DNA of 36,919 nucleotides from an uncultured Bacteriovoracaceae bacterium (GTDB taxonomy: Bacteria; Bdellovibrionota; Bacteriovoracia; Bacteriovoracales; Bacteriovoracaceae), in contig CAXGUD010000035.1 in assembly GCA_964012805.1 (NCBI GenBank), positions 1 through 36,919 of the forward strand. The letters are read 5' to 3'. Within the stretch, counting starts at the first letter, position 1. Every line of letters begins with the position of its first letter. The position numbers were made by a program, and so were the translations under genes. Positions 1 through 7,839 of the stretch are shown here, piece by piece. Below the pieces are notes generated by a model. The model was not told the DNA's origin. It worked only from the letters and a program-made list of their open reading frames with translations, and made no database searches.

Positions 1-2086
1 TAAATATTCTTAATTCATCCATTATATTTTTTACTTTTATTCTTTCTACCCATATAGGGAAAGTTCTCTTATATTTTGACTTTCTACCGCCTATCTTTTT
101 ATAAAAATCACTAAAACTGTCATAAAACTTTAATTTAAGAAATGAATGAGCTATTAAATAGTTCAAAAAAGGATCATGGCCCACTTTATTTACATATAAG
201 TCCTTATAAATTTCCCAAACTTTTATAACTTCACTAAAATTACCGGCTAAAAAATTAGCCTGTATTATACCGACGACTATCTCAGCTCCATCTCCTAGAA
301 AAACACCCTTTTCTCTATTTTTCATTTTTATTAATGGTAAAGCGTTTAAATACGTTAATGCTTTTTTATAGTCTTTATCCACAATAAATAGCCTAAGCCT
401 TACAAGCCAAAGTAATTTTTTCAAGTTCTTATTCAGACTTGATTCCTTATTTTTTAGTTCTAAAAAAATTCTTTTTTCAATATTACTCTTGCTAATATTT
501 TTGTTTCTTAAATTTTCAAACGCTACATATCTAATTTTTGCTTCATATGATGTTTCAAAATCATTGGCTTTGTTTATTGTATTTTTGTAAAGCTCTGAAA
601 TACTTTTTGAATCCTTATCTAAAATTTCATAAGATAAAGAGATTCTTAAATGGGCTTGACCACTTCTTTTTGAGAAAGAATAATTGGTCAAAAATTCATC
701 AAATATTTTTATTGCTTTCTTATATTTACCCAATCGAAAGTATGCTTCAGCTGTATTAAAAAGAAATTCTTTTGCTATCGGCTTAGCCATGTTTTTTAAT
801 TCTTTTTCATAGAGAGCAATTAAATCCTTTTCCTTATTGGACTTTAGAAGAATAAAAGATTGATATGCAAAGACCTTTTGCTTTGGCAAAAGATCAACTA
901 TTTCTTTTTCTCTAAGAAGTTCATTTATTTTGTTCAATTGATTTAAAGAAGATAACTTTGATAAAATTATTTCAGCAGCATATGTACTTTCCTCAAAATC
1001 AAAATTTGATCTTGACTTTACATAAAGACTTTTTGCAGCCTCTAGTGCTAACACTTCTTCATTTAGATATGTATAATAAGAAACTATATATTTTAATATT
1101 CCTTTTGAAAGCTCATAATCATCCGTCTTCTTTGCAATAGAACTTAAAATATTTATTGCGGCTTTTAAAGGCTTTCTATTTCCCTTATTTATGTTATCTT
1201 TTAAAATGGCATTGGCTTTAATAAAATTATGAAATTCCAAAAACTCGCCAACACCATACTTGTTTTCAAATAACTTTATAGACCTATTCATTAGTCCATA
1301 TTTCTTTTTTCTGTACAAATTAATTGTTAACTGAAGATGAGCTTCTTTATCATTTTTACTATAGTTCCTATCTTTAATTTTATAAAAAAAGTCGGCGGTT
1401 TTATTGCTAACATCTATTAGCTCTTTATATGTTGGAGACATCGCTTTATAATTCCAGAAAAAAGAGGACCCATACCTAAAATCTCTAAATCCTTTTAATT
1501 TTGAAATTTCTTTATTAATTATTCTTTTTATTTTTTTAGGTTCTTTTTTCTTTTTTAAATTTTTATTTTTACTGATATTTTTTTTGTCTGTTACTTTCCC
1601 AGTTTTTAATTTATTTTTTGGAATTAATTTTTTTTTGTTTTTTGATTTTATATTTAATACTTTTTTGTTTCCTGAATCTTTTGACCAAAAATCAATAACA
1701 TATTTTTCATCTCTCGATTTATAAAAAGAAAAGTTTTTTACGCTATTTTCAGAAAAATGTATTTTTATTACAGAGTGATTATCTGCATTTTTGCCATCAT
1801 CTAGATCTATTTTTTTGAAGTAGTACTTGTGTAGTTTTATTTTTTGGAGATCTTCAACGATTTTTCTATATAATTGATAGTTTAAAGTTTTTAAACTAAA
1901 AGATTTTTGGTCACTATTTAATAATATTTGACCTTTTGAAACTTTTAGTTCCCATCTCAAATTATCCTTCATCTTTTTCTGAGTTAGAACTTTGCCTTCT
2001 ACTACAGAAAAAAATGCCAAAGACAATAAAAGCGTCAAAATTTTGAGTTTTTTCGCCGCCATGGTTCTTGAAACTTCCTGTTTCAT
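1..2086 (-). CDS. Large secreted tetratricopeptide-repeat protein (partial, 3' end beyond the left window edge; at least 695 aa)
   Basis: Not in the ORF track because no stop lies in the window. Translated by hand: ATG at 2086 (alternative ATG 2062), no in-frame stop down to base 2. N-terminus MKQEVSRTMAAKKLKILTLLLSLAFFSVVEG looks like a signal peptide. Lys-rich linker near 1500-1680. TPR-like helices, e.g. FLFNTAEAYFRLGKYKKAIKIFDEFLTNY and AHLRISLSYEILDK. Confidence 0.85.
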   Translation of the reverse strand, partial: MKQEVSRTMAAKKLKILTLLLSLAFFSVVEGKVLTQKKMKDNLRWELKVSKGQILLNSDQKSFSLKTLNYQLYRKIVEDLQKIKLHKYYFKKIDLDDGKNADNHSVIKIHFSENSVKNFSFYKSRDEKYVIDFWSKDSGNKKVLNIKSKNKKKLIPKNKLKTGKVTDKKNISKNKNLKKKKEPKKIKRIINKEISKLKGFRDFRYGSSFFWNYKAMSPTYKELIDVSNKTADFFYKIKDRNYSKNDKEAHLQLTINLYRKKKYGLMNRSIKLFENKYGVGEFLEFHNFIKANAILKDNINKGNRKPLKAAINILSSIAKKTDDYELSKGILKYIVSYYTYLNEEVLALEAAKSLYVKSRSNFDFEESTYAAEIILSKLSSLNQLNKINELLREKEIVDLLPKQKVFAYQSFILLKSNKEKDLIALYEKELKNMAKPIAKEFLFNTAEAYFRLGKYKKAIKIFDEFLTNYSFSKRSGQAHLRISLSYEILDKDSKSISELYKNTINKANDFETSYEAKIRYVAFENLRNKNISKSNIEKRIFLELKNKESSLNKNLKKLLWLVRLRLFIVDKDYKKALTYLNALPLIKMKNREKGVFLGDGAEIVVGIIQANFLAGNFSEVIKVWEIYKDLYVNKVGHDPFLNYLIAHSFLKLKFYDSFSDFYKKIGGRKSKYKRTFPIWVERIKVKNIMDELRIF

Positions 2087-2233
2087 TTATATATTGAATC
2101 TCGTTCTTCCTGAACTTAAGACAATTAAAATTTTACCTTTTTTTTATTTTTTTTAAAGGAAATTATTTCTTGTGGAATATTTTTCCATCAATTTTTTTTG
2201 ACACTTAAAAACACCTTCATCGTAGTAGGTTGC

Positions 2234-3679
2234 TCAATTTTCTACACTAGGATAATTTCTATTAATACTTCTCTTTTTCATTTTTTCAATTAGAGTCGTC
2301 CTGTTTAAACTTAATAATTTTGATGCTCTATTCTTATTTCCATTTGTTTTTTCCAATGCCTTTTTTATCAACTTTGTCTCAATCTTTTTTAAATAATCAT
2401 TCAAATCTATTCCTTCGCCTCCAAAATTAATATCCAATTCTTTATCATAATTTAATTCCTTAACGTATTTTTGTGGTAAATCCTCTAACTCTAATTCTTT
2501 TTTATCAAAAGTCGCACAAATTCCTTCAATTAAATTTTCCAACTCGATTAAATTTCCAGGCCAATGATAATTTTTTAGTGAGTGAAAAACCTTCTCACTT
2601 ATAGAAAAATAATTATTGTGAAACTTTTGGAACTTTATTAAATAATGTTTTAGTAAAGGCTTAAGCTCGTCTTTTCTATCTTTAAGAGGCAGTAATTGAA
2701 TATTTGATTTTAAAAATACAGACTTTAAAACTCCATCTAAATTTATCTCAATTTTACTTTGTTCTTCTTCCTGCAATATAATTATTAAATTTGAAAAACG
2801 CTTTTTCTTCTCTATTATATTTTTTAACACCAATTTATCTTCTAAATCTATTATTCTAATATTAACTAAGCATATTGTTCCGGTAGAGGAGTCCTCTAAA
2901 GCCCCCCTTTTTTTATCAAAAAAGTAATTATCCAAGTAATCTTTTGGAATTGACCTAATATTTACAAATTTTATATCTTTATCACACTTAGAAGAATTTA
3001 AATGGATGAGCTCGGCTAATTTCTTTTTACCTACCCCTTTTCCGCCCCAAATGAAAAAAATATTATCATTTCCTCCGTTGAAGCTTTCTAAGCAGACCCT
3101 TAAAGCATTTTTGAAACTGCCACCATATAAACTTTCTGGAATTAGTACATCTTTGCTAATAACTTCATGCCCACTAATTAATAGGTTCCTTTTTTTTAAA
3201 TCCTTTAATTCCTTCTTCCTACCTTCCACTATTTTAGAAATTAAATTCTCCAAATTATTTTTTTCTATTTCCGACTCAAGCAACCTACACTTCTCTGTCT
3301 TTACAATTGAAGCTAAATTCTGTACCGAAATATCTCCCTCCACCAAGATTAAATCGAAAATATTACTTCTTGATTTAAATTCTCTTAAGTGATTTATTTC
3401 TTTATTAACATTCTTATTGCTTACATCCATTATAAAAATTGAATAATTATTTATTTCTCTTAGACGGCAAAAAACTTCGAGGCTTTTAGTATAAATTAAG
3501 TCCCAATTTATCTTTAATTCGATATTGAATGATTTATCCAATAAACTCCTATGATCTTTACCTACAAAAACAAAAGTTACTTGGGAAAAATAGTTTTTTG
3601 AAAAGCTATTTTTTAAATTAAATAGATCAGGGCTATTCTCTCTTACTAAAGAGCTATGCAAAAAATTAAAATCATCCAT
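2234..3679 (-). CDS. Degenerate sigma54-interaction (NtrC/FleQ-like) transcriptional regulator: pseudo-REC + AAA+ + Fis-type HTH
   Basis: Walker A-like GGKGVGK, LLPLKDRKDEL, HWPGNLIELEN and C-terminal Fis HTH GNKNRASKLLSLNRTTLIEKMKK. The GAFTGA loop and Walker B acidic residues are absent. Confidence 0.85.
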   Translation of the reverse strand: MDDFNFLHSSLVRENSPDLFNLKNSFSKNYFSQVTFVFVGKDHRSLLDKSFNIELKINWDLIYTKSLEVFCRLREINNYSIFIMDVSNKNVNKEINHLREFKSRSNIFDLILVEGDISVQNLASIVKTEKCRLLESEIEKNNLENLISKIVEGRKKELKDLKKRNLLISGHEVISKDVLIPESLYGGSFKNALRVCLESFNGGNDNIFFIWGGKGVGKKKLAELIHLNSSKCDKDIKFVNIRSIPKDYLDNYFFDKKRGALEDSSTGTICLVNIRIIDLEDKLVLKNIIEKKKRFSNLIIILQEEEQSKIEINLDGVLKSVFLKSNIQLLPLKDRKDELKPLLKHYLIKFQKFHNNYFSISEKVFHSLKNYHWPGNLIELENLIEGICATFDKKELELEDLPQKYVKELNYDKELDINFGGEGIDLNDYLKKIETKLIKKALEKTNGNKNRASKLLSLNRTTLIEKMKKRSINRNYPSVEN

Positions 3680-3703
3680 AATTTTATTCCTGCTGAAATT
3701 GAT

Positions 3704-3946
3704 TTATCTTAAATAACGGATTGCATCTCTAACAAAGTTGTCTAAAACCTCAACCGCTTTGACTGGCCCCCCTGTCCAAAAGTAATAAATAATTAAAATA
3801 GAGCAGAAAACAGCAGCGCCAAAAAACAAGAATGCTATTAGATTAAGACCCTTGAGCCTATATAAATAACCAAATTGATAACCAATAAGAGAGCAGGGAA
3901 CACACCAAAAAGGGATGTACTTTACTAAAAAAAACGTAAAATCCAC
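3704..3946 (-). CDS. Small (80 aa) two-TM membrane protein, unknown function
   Basis: GTG start; two hydrophobic segments; fills the gap between metK and the regulator on the same strand; ends 24 bp before the regulator start. Confidence 0.7.
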   Translation of the reverse strand: MDFTFFLVKYIPFWCVPCSLIGYQFGYLYRLKGLNLIAFLFFGAAVFCSILIIYYFWTGGPVKAVEVLDNFVRDAIRYLR

Positions 3947-3975
3947 AAGTTAATATCCAGTATCTTTATTAATTA

Positions 3976-4012
3976 GCACCCTTAAAAAAGTTGAGACTTT
4001 ATTTAAGGGTGC
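3976..4012 (-). terminator. Stem-loop downstream of metK (possible terminator or stabilising hairpin)
   Basis: Inverted repeat GCACCCTTAAAAAAGT-tgag-ACTTTATTTAAGGGTGC (16 bp with one bulge), 26 bp after the metK stop. No strong U-tract on the minus strand. Confidence 0.55.
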
Positions 4013-4038
4013 CCTAACTGGACTTCAATTTCAAGAAC

Positions 4039-5202
4039 TTAGAATAGCGACTTTAACTTTTCGAGGTTATCCAACTTTTCCCAAGGGAAGCTTTTTTCAG
4101 AGGTCCGCCCGAAATGCCCATAGGAAGATGTTGGTAAATAAATAGGCTTAAGTAAGCCTAATCTGTCTATAATTGATTTTGGCCTCATATCAAAAACTTC
4201 TGAAATGGAGCTGTTAATTTTATCAAGACTTACTTTTTCAGTCCCATAAGTATCAACTAAAAATGACATTGGCTCTGCAACACCAATGGCATAGGCAACC
4301 TGGACTAAAGCCTTATCGGCCAACCCAGCTGCAACAACGTGTTTGGCTACCTGACGAGCCGCATAAGCGGCAGACCGATCAACCTTCGAGGGATCTTTTC
4401 CTGAAAACGCTCCCCCGCCATGAGCACCATGACCACCGTAAGTATCTACAATGATTTTTCTTCCAGTTAGACCACAGTCCCCCATAGGACCACCAATGAC
4501 GAATTTACCAGTTGGATTAATATAAATTTTAGTTTTTTCATCCATAAGCTCAGCAGGAACGGTTTTATTAATTACTTCCTCTCTTATGGATTCTTGTACC
4601 TGCTTTAAAGAGAAATTTTCGGAGTGCTGAGAGGAAACAACAATTGCTTCTATTCTTTTAAGCACACCATCAGCATACTCTGCTGAAACCTGAGTTTTTC
4701 CATCCGGCCTTAACTCTGGTATGACCCCAGTTTTTCTTACATCAGTCAACCTCTTGGAAAGCTGGTGGGAAAGGTCAATGGTCAAAGGCATATAAGATTT
4801 AGTTTCATTAACAGCGTAACCGAACATTAAACCTTGATCTCCAGCTCCTTGTTCCTTATATGAGCCTTCCCCTTGGTTAACGCCCTGAGCTATATCAGGT
4901 GACTGCTTATCCAGACTAACTAAAACTGAGCAGGTGTTTCCATCAAAGCCTTTAGCTGAATCATCATAACCAATATCTAAAACTTTTTTTCTTACAACTT
5001 CTTGAAAATCTACATTTGACTTGGAGGTTATTTCCCCTGCGAGAACAACCATTCCTGTGGTTATCATAGTTTCACAGGCAACCCTTGAATGGGGGTCTTG
5101 TTCCAACATAGCGTCAAGAACAGCATCACTAATTCCATCAGCCATTTTATCCGGGTGACCCTCTGTAACTGATTCAGAAGTAAAAATATAATCTTTTATC
5201 AT
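4039..5202 (-). CDS. metK: S-adenosylmethionine synthetase
   Basis: [35 protein letters not shown] and YGHFGR motifs. Start reassigned to ATG 5202 (MIKDYIF), preceded by SD GGAGAAG. Confidence 0.98.
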   Translation of the reverse strand: MIKDYIFTSESVTEGHPDKMADGISDAVLDAMLEQDPHSRVACETMITTGMVVLAGEITSKSNVDFQEVVRKKVLDIGYDDSAKGFDGNTCSVLVSLDKQSPDIAQGVNQGEGSYKEQGAGDQGLMFGYAVNETKSYMPLTIDLSHQLSKRLTDVRKTGVIPELRPDGKTQVSAEYADGVLKRIEAIVVSSQHSENFSLKQVQESIREEVINKTVPAELMDEKTKIYINPTGKFVIGGPMGDCGLTGRKIIVDTYGGHGAHGGGAFSGKDPSKVDRSAAYAARQVAKHVVAAGLADKALVQVAYAIGVAEPMSFLVDTYGTEKVSLDKINSSISEVFDMRPKSIIDRLGLLKPIYLPTSSYGHFGRTSEKSFPWEKLDNLEKLKSLF

Positions 5203-5242
5203 ATAACTTCTCCACGTTTCTAATTCCAAATTAAGTTTGGAG

Positions 5243-5271
5243 ACTATACCTTTTTTAATGGATCAGTTCAA
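5243..5271 (-). promoter_or_regulatory. Sigma70-type promoter of metK
   Basis: Minus strand TTGAAC-17 bp-TATAGT, about 40 bp upstream of the ATG. Confidence 0.6.
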
Positions 5272-5352
5272 TGACTTTTTGCAATAAGGCTTACATGATA
5301 GAGGCTTGAAAAGGATGCTCAGTTATATAAATAGGTTGGTAAAAGGTAATAT

Positions 5353-6810
5353 TTAAAAATACAGTGACTCTGAAAAGTCTGACTCCCAGAGTCCCAAAAA
5401 CTGTCCATTTGATAAAAAGAGAATCACTTTTCCTAACATAGCTTCTCTTTTTAAGCTCTCTTTTAGTTCAGAAATTTCTTTTACTAAATATATTCTTTTA
5501 TCTCCATTTTGGAGGTCTTTAACAAGTTTATTGCAATCTAATTGATTGTAATTTTTTGCTGTCGTTTGAGATTGGGGCTCAACTAAAATAACAGTGTTTA
5601 CATTTGAAAGAACCTTAACATACTCCATTTGAAAGAGTGAGCTCCTTGAAGTTGCGGAACAAGGCTCTAAAGCAACCACTACATCATTGCCTTGGTACTT
5701 TTTCTTAATAGAATCAATTGTCATCCTTATGGCCCTAGGATGATGCGCAAAATCATCAATAATCCTTGCTCCTTGGAAAAAGCCTTTTTCTTCCTGCCTC
5801 TTCTTCACCATTTTTAAATCTAAAATTGCTTTTTGAACTTCTTTAATTGAGATTCCTTCAGTTACGGCAAACAAAATAACTGATGATAAATTAAGAATAT
5901 TTTGGATACCTGTTAAATTAGTTTCAAATTGTTGGGCCTTATTTTCTATGAGCAGTTTAAAGACAGTCCTATGGTCTTCATCACCCACCTTATTACCTAT
6001 GATTTCTAATCTAGGTTTTTTTTCTTCTGAGTAAAATAACCAATTATTATTTTCAGGGAACTCTCCATAAAGACTTAATACAGATTCATAATCTGAGTTC
6101 GCAATTATAACTCCATCATTAATTTGGCCAAGAAGCCTCCTAAATTGATCTTTTATTTCTTCAAGACTCGAATAAATATCTGCGTGATCAAACTCTAGAG
6201 AGGTCAAAACTAAATCATCGATTTCATAATTTATAAACTTTGAATATTTTTCAAAATAGGCAGAGTCATATTCATCAGATTCAATAAAAAAATAATCTGA
6301 ATTTCCTAAATTAGCACATGGACCTTCATTTAGGACTCCTCCAATAAAATAACCGGGATTAAAACCTAAATTTTTAAAAACTTGAGACATAAGATATGTT
6401 GTTGTGGTCTTTCCATGTGTTCCAGAAATTCCAACGACTTTTCTTTCTTTTAAAATAAAAGCTCCCAAACTGGCAGGAAAAGAGCAGAAATTTACACCCA
6501 AACTTTCAATTAACTGGGCATCAGGACTTTTTTTAGAAACTACGTTACCAACAACGATAAGGTCAAAGCCTCTTAAATATTCTGAATCCACATCCAACAA
6601 ATCAATTAAAGGGATTTGAGTAGACTTTAAATAATCACTCATTGGTGGCTTAAATTGAGTATCACCCCCTTCCACAATATACCCTGCTTCTTTTAATAAA
6701 ATGGCAGCGGCTCCCATTCCCGTGCCACATATTCTATAAAAAAATATCTTTTTTATGCTTTGTTTCTTTAAAAGTAGTTGCTCTTTATCTAAGTAATTTG
6801 AATGTTTCAT
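5353..6810 (-). CDS. mpl: UDP-MurNAc:tripeptide ligase (Mpl, MurC-like)
   Basis: ICGTGMG N-terminal motif (Mpl-type ICGT), VVGN, GTHGKTTT P-loop, ESDEYDSAYF, LEFDHADIY, DDFAHHP. Confidence 0.85.
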   Translation of the reverse strand: MKHSNYLDKEQLLLKKQSIKKIFFYRICGTGMGAAAILLKEAGYIVEGGDTQFKPPMSDYLKSTQIPLIDLLDVDSEYLRGFDLIVVGNVVSKKSPDAQLIESLGVNFCSFPASLGAFILKERKVVGISGTHGKTTTTYLMSQVFKNLGFNPGYFIGGVLNEGPCANLGNSDYFFIESDEYDSAYFEKYSKFINYEIDDLVLTSLEFDHADIYSSLEEIKDQFRRLLGQINDGVIIANSDYESVLSLYGEFPENNNWLFYSEEKKPRLEIIGNKVGDEDHRTVFKLLIENKAQQFETNLTGIQNILNLSSVILFAVTEGISIKEVQKAILDLKMVKKRQEEKGFFQGARIIDDFAHHPRAIRMTIDSIKKKYQGNDVVVALEPCSATSRSSLFQMEYVKVLSNVNTVILVEPQSQTTAKNYNQLDCNKLVKDLQNGDKRIYLVKEISELKESLKREAMLGKVILFLSNGQFLGLWESDFSESLYF

Positions 6811-6840
6811 CAGTAGAGTTCCTATTTAGTAGATAATGCA

Positions 6841-6870
6841 ATTTTAACAAGTGAAATTTTAAAGGTACAA
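6841..6870 (-). promoter_or_regulatory. Putative sigma70 promoter of mpl
   Basis: Minus strand TTGTAC-18 bp-TAAAAT with an extended -10 TG. Confidence 0.45.
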
Positions 6871-6897
6871 GAAATAAATGCTTTATATGACTAGGAC

Positions 6898-7839
6898 TTA
6901 GAATTGATGGTAATTTTTCCAAACAAAAGACCCTATAGATCGTCTAATATTATTCAAACCATCTCTTTCAAACCAAAATTTTTTCGTTGCATTCGTTAAA
7001 GTTATAACCCCAAGACTTTTCTCACAATCTACCCATATCGAGGTTCCTGTAAAGCCTAAGTGACCAAAAGTATGAGGACTACACCCATCACCAGCTAACG
7101 TTTTCTTCATTTCTTTAGAATTAATTGTATCCCAGCCTTTCAAGAAACGATGACTCCCTTTTCTATTTAAAAAGCTTGATTCCATAATTTTAATCAAAGA
7201 GAATTTTTTATCTAAATTAAGTAATGTCCTACACAAACCACTTACAGTACTAAACAAGCCTGCATGGGTGCAAAATTCATCTATAACAAAGGCATTATCA
7301 TCGTGTACTTGACCTCTTAGTGGCTTTCCATTTCTAAACCCCACGTAAGGAGTTATATTAGGACCTTTCAGATTTTTCCAAAAAAAAGTCTCCTTATCAA
7401 AATAGCTAGGCATTAATGATAGAAACTCTTTCCCCAATTTTTTTTCTAGCTCCAACATTAGCCTTAATGCTGATAAATCTGAATACTTTGTCTTTGAATC
7501 TGAAATATTAAAAGAAAGGACTTGAGCACGCCAATTATTTTTAGATAATCTTCCCCAAGCAGGAAGACCTCCTCGGTGCTCCAAAAGAAGACAGAGGTCG
7601 TCGTTTTCATCAAAAACTTCAGGATCTTTACAATAAGTCGCCCCTAAGGTAAGGGGCTTAGTTAAACTCGCGAGGTCATAAAAGACCTCGCCTTTCCCAA
7701 TACTCTTATAAAAAGAGGATGGGACATGTTCTAAACAAAAAAAGGAAGCCTTTGCAAAATCTATTACACCTACAGAAAGGCAATCAAAGCTTTGCCCTAG
7801 AAGAGAACTTTCTACAATTTTTTTTAATTCACTTTTCAT
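6898..7839 (-). CDS. Serine hydrolase, beta-lactamase/transpeptidase-like (AmpC/CubicO family)
   Basis: YDLASLTK (SxxK), LLLEHRGGLP, YSD, GQVHDDNA, HAGLFS, FGHLGFTG. No signal peptide. GTG start overlaps the ppdK 3' end. Confidence 0.85.
   Translation of the reverse strand: MKSELKKIVESSLLGQSFDCLSVGVIDFAKASFFCLEHVPSSFYKSIGKGEVFYDLASLTKPLTLGATYCKDPEVFDENDDLCLLLEHRGGLPAWGRLSKNNWRAQVLSFNISDSKTKYSDLSALRLMLELEKKLGKEFLSLMPSYFDKETFFWKNLKGPNITPYVGFRNGKPLRGQVHDDNAFVIDEFCTHAGLFSTVSGLCRTLLNLDKKFSLIKIMESSFLNRKGSHRFLKGWDTINSKEMKKTLAGDGCSPHTFGHLGFTGTSIWVDCEKSLGVITLTNATKKFWFERDGLNNIRRSIGSFVWKNYHQF

Noticed and set aside
538..1140. Short + strand ORFs 538..759 and 958..1140
   Set aside because: Antisense shadows of the long minus-strand TPR gene; no SD and implausible composition.
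5203..5352. Possible SAM riboswitch upstream of metK
   Set aside because: The predicted promoter leaves only a ~35-nt leader with one small hairpin (TCCAAA-ttaag-TTTGGA); no SAM riboswitch consensus is visible.
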